Positions 44,732 to 55,753 of a DNA stretch of 64,000 nt are shown one piece after another. Origin of the DNA: an uncultured Planctomycetaceae bacterium (GTDB taxonomy: Bacteria > Planctomycetota > Planctomycetia > Isosphaerales > Isosphaeraceae); the NCBI GenBank assembly GCA_963833985.1, contig CAWIAD010000001.1:608001-672000 (forward strand), written 5' to 3'. The notes under the pieces were generated by a model that had not been told where the DNA came from, did no database searches, and saw only the letters and a list, made by a program, of their open reading frames with translations. Position 1 is the stretch's first letter; each line of letters starts with the position of its first letter. A program made the position numbers and the translations under genes.

Positions 44732-45616
44732 ATGCCCGCTCGATCGCTCGAAGAGGTGCTCAAGGAAGTGCGGCGGATCCAGATCGTCGCCCGCCGGCAG
44801 GTGAACGACCTGCTGGCCGGAGAGTATCTCAGCGTCTTCAAGGGCCGGGGCATGGAGTTCGACGCCGTCCGCGAGTATGTCCCCGGCGACGAGATCCGCA
44901 CCATCGACTGGAACGTCACCGCACGCACCGGCGCACCGTTCGTGAAGACCTTCTGCGAGGAACGCGAGCTCACCGTCATCCTGGCCGTGGATATCTCGGC
45001 CTCTGGCTCCTTCGGCTCTTTCCGCCTGAGCAAGATGGACACGGCGGTGGAGGTTGCGGCGGTCCTCATGTTCACGGCGCTGCGGAACCACGACAAGGTA
45101 GGGTTGCTCTTCTTCACGGACGACGTGGTCAAGTACATCCCGCCACGCAAGGGGCGCGCCGGCGTGCTGCGGCTGATTCGCGAGCTGCTGGCCACCGAGC
45201 CGGTGAAGGCCCAGACCGATGTCTCGCGCGCGCTCGAGTTCCTGGGGCGCGTGCAGCGCAGGCGCTGCGTGGTGTTCCTGATGAGCGATTTCCTCGGCCC
45301 CGATTGCTCGCGAGCACTGGCGGTCGCCAGCCAGCGCCATGATTGCGTGGCCGTGACCATGGCCGACCCGCGTGAGCTGAGCGTTCCAGATGTGGGCTTC
45401 CTGACGCTGCGGGACGCCGAGACCGACGAGCTGCTGGAACTGGACACACGCCATCCGCGCGTGCGGGCGCTGTTCGAGCAGACGGCCCGGCAGCGCGAGG
45501 AGCGGCTGGCCGGATGGCTGCGCCGGGCGAACGTAGATCGCCTCGACATCCGCACCGACCAGCCCTACGCGCAGAGCCTGCAAAAGTTCTTTCGCATGCG
45601 GGAGCGGCAACGATGA
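44732..45616 (+). CDS. DUF58 domain protein
   Basis: FKGRGMEFDAVREYVPGDEIRTIDWNVTAR, VDISAS, MSDF. Confidence 0.95.
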   Translation: MPARSLEEVLKEVRRIQIVARRQVNDLLAGEYLSVFKGRGMEFDAVREYVPGDEIRTIDWNVTARTGAPFVKTFCEERELTVILAVDISASGSFGSFRLSKMDTAVEVAAVLMFTALRNHDKVGLLFFTDDVVKYIPPRKGRAGVLRLIRELLATEPVKAQTDVSRALEFLGRVQRRRCVVFLMSDFLGPDCSRALAVASQRHDCVAVTMADPRELSVPDVGFLTLRDAETDELLELDTRHPRVRALFEQTARQREERLAGWLRRANVDRLDIRTDQPYAQSLQKFFRMRERQR

Positions 45617-46683
45617 TCGGCCGTCGCCTGAACCGCTCTGCGCCGCGTGAAAGCCTGCTCACGCCACGCTGGCAATACCACGTTCTGATCGTCGTGGGGA
45701 TGGCCTTCCTGTCCGGCTGCGGCAGGCCGCAAGGCAACCCGGAGTCGGCCGGTGCGGCGTCCCCGGATGCCATCGAGCGTACGGCGGAGAAGGGGCCGGT
45801 GAAGCTGAGCGTGACCGTGCGGCCCCGCGAGCCGCGGCTCTCGGACCTGGTGGAGATGGATGTGCGGGTGGAATACCAGCCCGGCGTGGAGGTCAAGCCG
45901 CCGGCATTCGGGCAGGCCGTCGGGGACTTCCTGATCCGCGACTACACCGAGCGTCCGGCCGGCAAGGGCGCGGAGAACGTCCGCTGGTTCCATTACCAGC
46001 TCGAACCGGCGCACGCGGGCAAGCACCTGATCCATGCCGTGTCGATCGAGTTCCTGGACCGTCGCGCGGCATCGGGCAAACCGGATGAGCCAGTCCTTGT
46101 CGAGACCGACCCGCTGGAAGTGAACGTGCACTCCGAGCTCGGAGGCCAGACACCGAGCCTGGCAAGGCTCGCGCCGATGGCGCCACCCGAGCCGGTGCGC
46201 CAGGGCTGGTCGACTGGCTGGCTTGCGGCGCTGGGACTGACGGTTGTCCTGGCGACGTGCGCGATCATCCTGCTACGCCGGCGAAGCCGGAAGATGATTG
46301 CGCCGTACCGTCCCAGTCCGGAAGAGATCGCCGGCGCCGCGCTCGCACAACTGCTGGCCGAGGATCTGCCCGGGCAAGGACTGATCAAGGAATTCTACCT
46401 CCGGCTCACCGGCATCGTCCGGCAGTATGTGGAAGACACGACCGGGATCCGGGCGCCCGAGCAGACGACCGAGGAATTCCTCCGGGACATGCGGCAGCGT
46501 GCCGTCTTTCCCGCCGATCGTTCGGAAAGGCTCGCGGAGTTCCTGGAGGCCGCGGACCTGGTCAAGTACGCAGGGCAGCAGCCGGGGGCGGACCAGATCG
46601 ATCAATCGATTGCCCGAGCGCGAGAATTCGTATCCATGAAGCCGGCGCAGCAGGCCGCCATGGCAGGTACCGCAGCGACTTGA
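45613..46683 (+). CDS. Bat-operon membrane protein (lipobox-like LSGC, TM, helical C-terminus)
   Basis: ATGA-coupled to DUF58; FYLRLTGIVRQY, EQTTEEFL, ADLVKYA motifs typical of this operon position. Confidence 0.8.
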   Translation: MIGRRLNRSAPRESLLTPRWQYHVLIVVGMAFLSGCGRPQGNPESAGAASPDAIERTAEKGPVKLSVTVRPREPRLSDLVEMDVRVEYQPGVEVKPPAFGQAVGDFLIRDYTERPAGKGAENVRWFHYQLEPAHAGKHLIHAVSIEFLDRRAASGKPDEPVLVETDPLEVNVHSELGGQTPSLARLAPMAPPEPVRQGWSTGWLAALGLTVVLATCAIILLRRRSRKMIAPYRPSPEEIAGAALAQLLAEDLPGQGLIKEFYLRLTGIVRQYVEDTTGIRAPEQTTEEFLRDMRQRAVFPADRSERLAEFLEAADLVKYAGQQPGADQIDQSIARAREFVSMKPAQQAAMAGTAAT

Positions 46684-46702
46684 AACGGGCTGAGCTGTCA
46701 CC

Positions 46703-47779
46703 ATGGGCGTCTTTCGATTTCATTCTCCATTGTGGCTGACCCTGGTGCCTTTGCTGGCGGTCGCGCTCTATGTGGGGCTTCGGCTGCGCTCACGCCCGGC
46801 CGCCGTCTTCTCGAGCGTGGCCGACCTGAGAGGCCTTCCCGTCACGCTGGCGCAACGGCTGCGGCGGATCTTGCCGGTCCTCTTCGGACTCGGGCTCTGC
46901 CTGGTGGTCGCGGGCCTGGCGCGTCCGCAGGCGGGAAAAGCCGAATCCCGGATCAGCGGGCAAGGGATCGCCATCGAGATGGTGCTGGATATCTCAGGGT
47001 CCATGGAGGCGCTCGACTTTCAGCTTGGCGGACACGACGTGAGCCGGCTCGCGGCGGTCAAGCACGTGCTCAAGGAGTTCGTGCTCGGTTCCCGCGCCAG
47101 CGGCCTGTCGGGCCGGCCCGACGACCTCATCGGGCTTGTGGCCTTCGGGGGATTCGCCGACAGCAAGTGCCCGCTGACGCTCGACCATGGCGCCCTTGTC
47201 GACATCGTGCAGGGCCTGGAAATCCCCCGGCCCATCCGCGACAGCCGCGGCCAGGTGATCAATGCCAAAACCTTGCAGGAGGAGCTGGCAACTGCGATTG
47301 GCGACGGCGTGGCGGCGGGAATCGACCGCCTCCGCGGCGCCAGGGCGAAGAGCAAGGTGCTCATTCTGCTGACCGACGGTGATAGCAACGCCGGAGTGGT
47401 CGATCCCCGCGAGGCCGCGAAGATTGCCGCCGAGCTGGGCATCAAGCTCTACACGATCGGCATCGGCCATAACGGGACGGTCCCGTTCCCCCAGGAAGAC
47501 GAGTTCGGCAATCGCGTGCTCGTGCCGGCCCAGTTCCGGGTGGATGAAGACCTGCTCCGTGAGCTGGCCCAGACCGGCGGCGGGCGCTACTTTCATGCGT
47601 CGGGTTCCGAAGCCCTGGCCCAGGTTTACGCCGAGATCGACGGCCTGGAAAAATCGCAGCTCGAGGAGACCAGGTACGCGGAGTACAGCGAGCTGTTCCG
47701 CTGGTTCGCCGCACCCGGTCTGGCCCTCGTCCTGCTGGTGGGTATCCTGATGGAAACGCGGTTTCGCAGCCTGCCGTGA
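46703..47779 (+). CDS. batA: VWA domain protein, BatA-like
   Basis: F.SP.WL N-terminus, LARPQ, MIDAS DISGSM, TAIGDG, LLTDG. Confidence 0.88.
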   Translation: MGVFRFHSPLWLTLVPLLAVALYVGLRLRSRPAAVFSSVADLRGLPVTLAQRLRRILPVLFGLGLCLVVAGLARPQAGKAESRISGQGIAIEMVLDISGSMEALDFQLGGHDVSRLAAVKHVLKEFVLGSRASGLSGRPDDLIGLVAFGGFADSKCPLTLDHGALVDIVQGLEIPRPIRDSRGQVINAKTLQEELATAIGDGVAAGIDRLRGARAKSKVLILLTDGDSNAGVVDPREAAKIAAELGIKLYTIGIGHNGTVPFPQEDEFGNRVLVPAQFRVDEDLLRELAQTGGGRYFHASGSEALAQVYAEIDGLEKSQLEETRYAEYSELFRWFAAPGLALVLLVGILMETRFRSLP

Positions 47780-47851
47780 GCGGATTCTCAGGGAACGCGG
47801 TGCGGGCTCCGTCCTACTTTTGCAAGCTTGCTTCAAGGAGATTGCCGGGAG

Positions 47852-50802
47852 ATGCAGTGGGAATATCCCGGATGGCTCTACCTGATCTTGCCGCTGGCCG
47901 CGGGCTGGCTGCCGCTCGCGCTCGACTCGCGAAGCAAGCGGCGCAGGGCGGCGGAAGCGTTCGTGGCCCGGGCGATGTGGCCGACCATCTTGCCGCGGGA
48001 GTCGCCGGGCCGATTCTGGGCGAAGCTGCTGCTGCGCGAAGCGGCCCTGGTGTGCGGCCTGATCGCGCTCGCCGGGCCGCGGTTCGGCACCCAGTACGAG
48101 GAAGTTGTCCCCAGGGGAAGCGACCTGTACGTGCTCATCGACGTCTCGCGCTCGATGCTCGCCGAGGATGTCCCGCCCAGCCGGCTGGCTCGTGCCAGGG
48201 CCGACGTCGCGGCACTCGTGAATCGGCTCGACGGCGAGCGCGTCGGTCTGATCGCGTTCGCCGGCCAGGCGGTGGTGAAATGCCCCCTCACCGTCGACTA
48301 CGACGCATTTCGCCGGGCGCTTGACGAGCTTGACCCCCACAGCGCCCGCGCGGGGGCACGGCCATCGGCGACGCCATCCGCAAGGCGCTCGAGGTCTTCC
48401 AGCCCGGAGCCGGACGCGACCAGGCGATCTTGCTGATCACCGACGGCGACGATCAGCAATCCTACCCGTTCGAGGCCGCGGCGGTTGCCGCCGAGCGGCA
48501 TGTCACCGTCTTCACGGTCGGCCTGGGCGACGCCGACCACGGCGCGCGGGTTCCGACCGAGGCGGAGTCGAAGTCCTACATCGAGTACAAGGGACAGCAG
48601 GTCTGGAGCAAGCTCGATCACTCGCTTCTCAAGGAGATCGCGCTGCGGACCTCCGGCGTCTATGTTCCGGTCGGCACCCGCGCTTATGACCTGGGCGAGC
48701 TCTATGCCAGCTACCTTCAGAACCGGCGGGGCAGCGGGGACCAGGGCCAGAAGCGCATCCGCCGCGCCGAGCAGTTCCAGGTCTTCCTGGCACTGGCGCT
48801 GCTGGTGCTGCTGGCCGATGCCGTGGTACGCCGCCACCCGCCGGCGCCCCGGCAGGCGGTCCAGGACTCCCGGACGGGTCACGGAAGCCGCACAGGCCGT
48901 AACGTTGCGCCTCGCCCTTCCGTTCCTTCGACCACGGTCGCCGGGCTGCTGTTCGTGGCAATGGCGGGCGCGGTGACCGCCCGGGCCGACAATCCCGCTG
49001 ACGCCGTTCGCGCCGGCATGCGGAGCTACGAGTCGGGTGAATTCGACAAGGCCAGGGAGAAATTCGCGGCTGCCGCCGAGCAGTACGGGACAGAAGACGC
49101 CGTCAGAGGGGCCATCGCGGTCTTCGATGAGGCCTGCGCGGCGCATCGGAAAGGCGACTCCGCCGGAGCGCGGGAGCTTTATCTCAAGGCGGGCCTGGCC
49201 CACGATCCGCGCCTCGCCGCATCAGCTCATTTCAATCTCGGCACGCTGGCGGCCGGGGAGGCGAACCAGCTTGCCGGGGAACATCCCGAGCAAGCCGCGC
49301 CGGAAAAGCGTCCCGAGATCCTTGGCAAGCTCAGGTCCGCGGTTGCCTCCTTCCGCCACTGTCTGGAGCTTGAGCCGGATCATGAACAGGCGCGGCGCGA
49401 CATCGAGCTGGTGCGGCAATGGATCAAGTACTACTCCGACCAGTGGCAGGCCCGCGATCGTCAGCAGCGCAGGCAGGAAACGAACCTTGTGGCCTTCCTG
49501 GAGTACCTGGTCAAGACGCAGACGTCGCTCAGGGACACGGTGCAGGCCCAGCCGGCAACCGCCTCGTCGAACGTCTTTGCCGAGCTGAAATCCCTCCAGG
49601 AGGATCTCGAGCAGGAGATTCCCCCATTGCGTGAGAAGATCAGGTCCGAACTCGCGCCGCCGCAGACGCCCGGAGCAGGGTCTCCCCAGCCGGTGCAGGC
49701 GGATCTCGAGCAGGGCATCGCACTCTTGCAAGGCTGGGCCGGCACGGCCGGTGAGAAGATGGCGTCGGCCGCACGCCGGCTCGAGCGGCGCGAAGCGGCT
49801 CCGGCGGCTGCCGAGCAGCAAGCCGCTATTGATGAGCTGCAAAAGATCTGGGAGGCCGTGATCCCGTTCCAGGCCCTGCTCGCGCGCGACCTCGCGGACC
49901 AGACGTCCGTCGTCCGGTCGCTTGCACCCGCACCGGCGGCCGATTCCGGCTCGGCAGCCGGCAAGGACTCCGGGAAGAGCGATGCCGCGCAGCAGAAGAC
50001 CGTACCCGCTCCAGGCCGCGGCGCCGCATCGCTTGGTTCCGAGGCGGAAGACCTGGCGCCGATCCTCACCCTCCAGGAGCAGACCCTGCGGCGCACCAGG
50101 CTGCTGGGGCTGAAGGCCGAGGGCGAACTGGCACGGCTGGAGCAGGCAAAGCCGGGCGCGACCCGGCCGGCTCAGCCCCAGCAGGGTGGCCCCGCAGTCA
50201 CGAAGAAGCCGGGAGATCCCGACGGCGGCAAGCCCCCAACCGTGGATCCCGAGGCGTTGAAGAAAGGCCTCCGGAAGGCTGTCGAGCTGGCGCCTCGGGC
50301 CGCGGGCAAGATGCTGGAAGCCGCCGGTGCGCTCAAGCAGAAGGCGGCACAGGCCGCCTACCCTCCGTCCGAGGAAGCCCGTAAGATTCTGGAGGAAATC
50401 CAGCGGGCCCAGCCCCAGCAAAAGCAGCCGCCGGAACAGCCCAAGCAGAACGACGACCAGAAGAAGCAGGAAGAGAAAGAGAAAGACCGGTCACAGGACA
50501 GGAAGAGCGAACAAGACCAGCAAAAGCAGGATCAGCAAAAAGAGCAGCCCGGGCCGGATCAAAAAAAGCAGGAGCAAGACCAGGGCAAGGGGAAGAAGCA
50601 GGATCAGGGCCAGGAGAAAGATCCGCAGAAGAGCCAGTCGAAGGATGCGGAGCAGAAACAGCAGGCTCCGCAAGGCATCGCGCGGGATCAGATCGAGCAG
50701 GCCCTGCGCAAGGTCCGTGAACGTCAGCAAGAGAAGCGCGAGCGCGATCGGCAGATGAGGGCCCGCGTCTTCGGCGAAGTTCCGGTGGAGAAAGACTGGT
50801 GA
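47852..50802 (+). CDS. batB: BatB-like VWA protein fused to TPR/coiled-coil and Q/K/E-rich tail; frameshift at ~48346
   Basis: DVSRSMLAEDVPPSRL; GGTAIGD restored by one C; LITDGDD; AHFNLG TPR; ends VEKDW like BatC. Confidence 0.82.
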
Positions 50803-52730
50803 TGCGACGTCCGTCTTCCGCGTTCAGATGGCTCTGCGGCCTGGCACTCCTGCTTGGGCCTGCGGGGCCAGCGAGCGCCGATGATGAGCCGGAAATCGTG
50901 GCCGAGGCCGGCTCGAGCGAGGTCTATAGCGGCGAGAACATCGACTACGCCGTCGAGATTCGCAATGTGCAGGATCCCTCCCCGCCCGATCTCTCTGCGC
51001 TGCGGCAGGACTTCGATGTCGCGGCCGCGGGGGACGAGTCGCGCAATCAATCGTCCACGTTCATCATCAATGGTCGGGTGAGCCAGCAGAGCACGTTCGG
51101 TCATGTCTACCATTACCGATTGACGCCCAGGCGCAGTGGCAAGCTGACGATTCCGGCCCCGCGTGCCACGGTCGACGGCAAGACGGTCACCGGGAACGCC
51201 CTGGAGTTGAACGTGGTGGCTCCCGAACCGCAAGACCTGGTCGTCCCCGAGATCCGGCTTGATCGGCAGCGGCTCTACCCAACGCAGCCGCTGGAGGTGA
51301 CGCTCCGCGTGCTGGTCCGGCCGCTGCCGGACGAACCCGAGCGCGACCCGGTGCTCCCCCTCCGCAGGCGTCCTCCTCATCTGGAAGTCAACTGGGTCGA
51401 CCTGCCTCCGGGCCTCTCCGGAGTCGAAAAAACAAGCTGGTTGCGGCCACTGCTCTCGGACGACGGCGGCGGATTCACCCTCAACGACATCACGGCCCGC
51501 GGCTCCGCCTTCTCGTTCTTCGAAGGGCCAAAGCTGGCGGTCTTCAACCTGGCCCGAGGGCGCGAGCAAAGAAAAGGATTGGATGGGCAGTCGGTCAACT
51601 ACTTCGTCTACGAGCTGAAGCGAACCGTCACTGCCCGGAAGCCTGGAACCTATCGGTTTGGACCGGCCGTCGTCAAAGGCTCGTTCGTCCAGGGCCTGGA
51701 CGGGGGCAGCTACACAGGCCGGCGGCTGGTCGCGGTCGCCCCCGCAGCCGCGCTCGAGGTTCGCGACGTCCCGGAGCCCCGGCCGGCCACCTTTTGCGGA
51801 GGGATCGGCGACTACCGCGTCAGGGCCTCCGCCAGCCCCACCAGCCTGCGCGTGGGCGACCCGCTGACGCTCACCCTCATGATCGAGCGCAGGCCGGGGA
51901 GCGGCTCGGTTGATCTGATCTCGGCCCCGCAGCTCCAGGCCAACCCGCGGATCGCGGCCGATTTCGAGATCCTCGACCGGAACCCGACCGGCCACACGCA
52001 AGGTGATACCAAGCAGTTCGCTTACGCATTGCGGCCCCGGCGGCCCGGAGCGAGCGTCCCCGCCGTCTCCGTGACCGTGTTCGATCCGGACAAGGAAGTG
52101 TTCCGCGAGCTGGCCAGCGAACCGATCGAGCTGTCAGTGGAGGCAGCCAGCCCGCTCGGCGCCGGAGATCTCGTCGGCGCGCTTGGCGGATCGGGCTCCC
52201 CGGAAATCAAGTCGCGCGCGCAGGGCATCTTCCAGAACGTGACCGATCCCGCGGAGCTGGGGGACCAGCGCGTCAATCTACCGGCACTGGCCGCACTGAG
52301 CGTGCTCTGCTGGTGTGGCGCGGGCTGCCTGATCTTCCTGGTATCGACCCATCGCCGCAACTCGGCGGACGTCGCCTGGCAGCGCAAGCGGCAGGCGCGG
52401 GCCAGCGCGCTGAAGCGTCTGAACGAGGCACGCCGGGAACTGGCCGCGGGCCAGCCCACGTCCGCGCTGCGGTTGGTCCGATCGGCGCTCGCGGGGCTCG
52501 TGGCCGATCTGCGGAACCTGGTCGCCGAGGGACTGACGGCCTCGGAGATCGAGGCCATCCTGACGGCAAGCGAGGTGTCGCCGGACGAGCGGGCGGAGGT
52601 GGCGCGGCTGCTTGAATCGATCGAGTCGGCCGCGTACGGGCCGGGAATCGCCCTGGATGCAACAGCGATGGTAGCCCGGGCCGAGCGGCTCATCCCGAGC
52701 CTGGCCCGGCGCCTGGAACGAGGGTCGTGA
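50802..52730 (+). CDS. batD: BatD-like protein
   Basis: Signal peptide, IINGRVS, G.LTIP, GGIGDY, VGDPLTL, C-terminal TM; operon position. Confidence 0.8.
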   Translation: MRRPSSAFRWLCGLALLLGPAGPASADDEPEIVAEAGSSEVYSGENIDYAVEIRNVQDPSPPDLSALRQDFDVAAAGDESRNQSSTFIINGRVSQQSTFGHVYHYRLTPRRSGKLTIPAPRATVDGKTVTGNALELNVVAPEPQDLVVPEIRLDRQRLYPTQPLEVTLRVLVRPLPDEPERDPVLPLRRRPPHLEVNWVDLPPGLSGVEKTSWLRPLLSDDGGGFTLNDITARGSAFSFFEGPKLAVFNLARGREQRKGLDGQSVNYFVYELKRTVTARKPGTYRFGPAVVKGSFVQGLDGGSYTGRRLVAVAPAAALEVRDVPEPRPATFCGGIGDYRVRASASPTSLRVGDPLTLTLMIERRPGSGSVDLISAPQLQANPRIAADFEILDRNPTGHTQGDTKQFAYALRPRRPGASVPAVSVTVFDPDKEVFRELASEPIELSVEAASPLGAGDLVGALGGSGSPEIKSRAQGIFQNVTDPAELGDQRVNLPALAALSVLCWCGAGCLIFLVSTHRRNSADVAWQRKRQARASALKRLNEARRELAAGQPTSALRLVRSALAGLVADLRNLVAEGLTASEIEAILTASEVSPDERAEVARLLESIESAAYGPGIALDATAMVARAERLIPSLARRLERGS

Positions 52731-52733
52731 GCC

Positions 52734-53501
52734 ATGCGCAGAACGATGGGGGTCCTGCTGGCATGGCTTGCCCTCGTGCCCGGGCAGTCTGGCGCAGCCG
52801 AAGCGGCGGAGCGGCAGCGGACATTCATCCGCGCGCTGGAAGTCTTCGACGCGGCGAAAGGACCCGACGATTACAGGCAGGCTGCGGCATTGCTGGAAAG
52901 CTTGCTGGCGGACGGGTACCAGAATGGTGCCGTGTATTACAACCTGGGCAACGCCTATTTTCGGGCGGGAGATTTCGGCCAGGCGATTGCGGCGTACCGC
53001 AAGGCCAGGCCGCTTCGCCCGCGCGATCCGTATCTGGAAGCGAACCTGCGCCAGGCCCTGGCGTCGGCCCCCGGCCGCCTGCCCGAGCCGCCTGCTCCCT
53101 GGTGGCGTCACGTCTTCTTCTGGAGCGACTGGCTGTCGTTCCCCGAGAAGGCTTACGGAGCCTTCGCCGGTCTGCTGCTGGCCGCACTGGCGGCGTGCAC
53201 ATCGGTCCTCATGCGCCGGCCGCGGCTTTACGCGGTGGGCGCGGGGCTGCTTGTGCTGGCGATCGGCCTGGGACTGGATACGGGCCTCAGCTACAGCGCG
53301 ATCGCCGGGGCACGGCACGGCGTGGTGACGCGCGAGACGATCGCCCGCAAGGGAATTGGCAAGGATTACGAACCAGCCTTCGACCAGCCGCTCAAGCCGG
53401 GTGCCGAGTTCAGCATCCTGGCGCAGAACGGAGACTGGATCTTCGCCCACCTGGAGGGGGTCGGCGACGGCTGGCTACGGCGCGAGGACACCGTGCAATA
53501 A
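52734..53501 (+). CDS. batE: BatE-like TPR / SH3-like protein
   Basis: VYYNLGNAYFRAGDFGQAIAAYRKA TPR, two TM helices, C-terminal GW motif. Confidence 0.82.
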   Translation: MRRTMGVLLAWLALVPGQSGAAEAAERQRTFIRALEVFDAAKGPDDYRQAAALLESLLADGYQNGAVYYNLGNAYFRAGDFGQAIAAYRKARPLRPRDPYLEANLRQALASAPGRLPEPPAPWWRHVFFWSDWLSFPEKAYGAFAGLLLAALAACTSVLMRRPRLYAVGAGLLVLAIGLGLDTGLSYSAIAGARHGVVTRETIARKGIGKDYEPAFDQPLKPGAEFSILAQNGDWIFAHLEGVGDGWLRREDTVQ

Positions 53502-53543
53502 TCGCCCAGCAACGCAGGTGCAGACTCACTCGCAGGTGCCGGC

Positions 53544-54606
53544 TCACGGTGCAATGGTGAGTGGCAGCTCGGCCGATGCTGAATGGCCCGCAACCAGGTC
53601 GGTCACGATGAGCCGGAGGCGGTAATCACCCGGAGGGACGGAAGTGGGCAGGACGACCCGGTCATTGACGTAATTATCGCGGCGCCTGCTGAGGCAATCG
53701 TCTTCGGCCTCGCCCAGCGACTGCTCCCAGGCCCTGGCCCCGCCCTTTGCGGGGAGCAGTTCGATGCGCGATGACAGCCGCGACACGTAGCTGGCCTGCT
53801 TCGGCTGGAAGCGCAACCCGGACAGCTCACAGTAGACGAGGAAAGGCTGTCCCGCGCAGGACCGTTGACGGGAGCGGCTCGAAGGACCCGAATCCGGTGA
53901 CCTTGCCGCAGAGCCGGGGCTGTCCCAGAGCCAGGGGTGCCCGGTCGTCCGTGGCGAGCGGCCTGGAGGCAACCTCAGCAGGCCGCGTGGAGTCGCCCCT
54001 GGACTGCCGGATCGCGTCGGCCAGCCGGTCCACGGAACGCTCGAAGAGGGCGCGGTTCGCCGGCTTCGCTGCCTCGCTGGCGAGCCACTCCACCACCTGG
54101 GGACGAACCTGGAGCTGGATCGCTGGGGCTGGCGGAGCCGCGGCAGCACTCGCTACCGGGGCCGGCTTCGGCTGCCTGTCCTCCGCGTGGACTGCTTCCC
54201 GCGGAGGGGCTGCCGGGTTCGGCACAACGGGCCGGACGGCTGCCGCCCCGGACCGTGCGGCAAGGGAAATCCGGTCCTTTTCCTCCCCCCCTTGTGTCCT
54301 CTCGACGGCCTCCGCCCGCTTGAGCGCGGCGTCCAGCAAAGGAATGGGCGTCGCCGCCGGCCGCGTCTCCCCGGCCGCAGGCGCTACGGCCTCCTCTGCG
54401 AGTGCCCTGGAAGAGCTGGTCACGAGCGGCTTCTCAGGGACGGGGAGCAACTGGGGAATCTCGGTCCGGGCGACGGACGAGGACGGTTCGGCGGCGAGCC
54501 GCTCAGACTGCCCGACAAAAGGCGAGCGGCAGCCGGCGATCCCGACAATTACAGTGGCGCCGGCCAGCACCAGGACGGTGTGCCGCGGCTCGCGACCACA
54601 CGACAT
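53544..54606 (-). CDS. Hypothetical lipoprotein; frameshift at ~53855
   Basis: IAGC lipobox, Ala/Pro linker, LCGKVTGFGSFEPL then AGQPFLVYCEL...PGDYRLRLIVTD in the next frame. Confidence 0.75.
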
Positions 54607-54811
54607 CGAGTAACCCTCGGAACCAGAGACCCAGGCTTTGCCACCTCGTGCCCCGGATCACACCGGAGCCTGACCGAAGACGGGAGTGATGTGCAGCATT
54701 TGTGTACTGCAACCCGGCGAATCCGGCAAGGTCAAACGGCCGATGGCTATGGCTTCCCGGCACCCGCGGGGCGGTTTCAATCATGACGCACCGGCTTTGC
54801 TCGCCATGGCG

Positions 54812-55741
54812 TCAGTCCTGGACATCGCGGGCGAGTGCGGCGATCCGGGCCAGCAGCGCTCGCTGCCACTGTCGCGCCTGGGCGTCGAGCCTCCTGGCCT
54901 GGTCAAGGTCCACAAGGGCGAACTCGATGGAGTCGCCGGGTCGAAGCTGGCCAAGGCGGTCGAGATCTGCCGAGATCAGGTGTGCCACGTGGGGGTATCC
55001 TCCCATGGTGCCGCATGCCACGCCGAGGATGATGATCTGCCCGCCGGCAACCTGGATAGCGCCCGGGGCCACGGGAGCCGACAGCCGATCCGGATGACCG
55101 GCAAGATCCAGCGGCGGCCCTTCCAGGCGCAGGCCCATGCGGTTACTGCGGGACCCGACGCGAAACCGACCACGGGACCAGGCGTCCTCTCTCTTCATGG
55201 CGGTGTGCTCCGGCCCGGCAATGACGCGCAACGGAAAGCGGGCTGGCTGCCTCCATGCGACCTCACCGGGGTGTCGGGTGGCCAGGGTCGATGCCGGGGC
55301 AGGGAGGAAATCGCCGCGATTGATCGGCTGCTCGCTCGATCGGCTGCCCATTTTCAAGGGGGTCCGGAAACCTCCGTGGACTGCCAGATAGGTTCGCGCG
55401 CCGTCGATCGCCTGGCCCAGCACCAGGCGGTCGCCTGGCTGGAGCGTGGTGCTCGAGGGCACCCGCAGTCGCCGCAGGCTGCCCGAGACTGCGCACACGG
55501 ACGATTCCATGGGGGCTCCGGCGAGTGCCACCCCCACGCTCCCGAGAGCCTCGTAGACCCCGCCCCGCAGGCTCATCTCCAGCACGGCGCAGTCCAGTGG
55601 GTTGCCAGCCAGGGCGTTCCCCAAATCGGCCGCGCCGTGGTCGAATGCGCCGCCGGTCGGTACTCCCCATTCGCGAAAGCCGGTCCTCCCGCTGTCCTGC
55701 ACGGTGGTCCAGAATCCCGAGTCGATCACCATCAGTCCCAT
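54812..55741 (-). CDS. pxpC: 5-oxoprolinase subunit C (AHS2 family)
   Basis: TTVQDSGR, GGAFD, GARTYLAV.GG, SNRMGLRL, TMGGYP. Confidence 0.9.
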   Translation of the reverse strand: MGLMVIDSGFWTTVQDSGRTGFREWGVPTGGAFDHGAADLGNALAGNPLDCAVLEMSLRGGVYEALGSVGVALAGAPMESSVCAVSGSLRRLRVPSSTTLQPGDRLVLGQAIDGARTYLAVHGGFRTPLKMGSRSSEQPINRGDFLPAPASTLATRHPGEVAWRQPARFPLRVIAGPEHTAMKREDAWSRGRFRVGSRSNRMGLRLEGPPLDLAGHPDRLSAPVAPGAIQVAGGQIIILGVACGTMGGYPHVAHLISADLDRLGQLRPGDSIEFALVDLDQARRLDAQARQWQRALLARIAALARDVQD

Positions 55742-55753
55742 GTGCGTTTGCCG

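Noticed and set aside
50400..50670. A-rich, purine-skewed stretch
   Set aside because: Encodes the Q/K/E/D-rich linker of the Bat protein; not foreign DNA.
53513..53548. Two imperfect 18-bp tandem repeats (cgcaggtgc..ctcac)
   Set aside because: Only two units with no spacers; not a CRISPR array.
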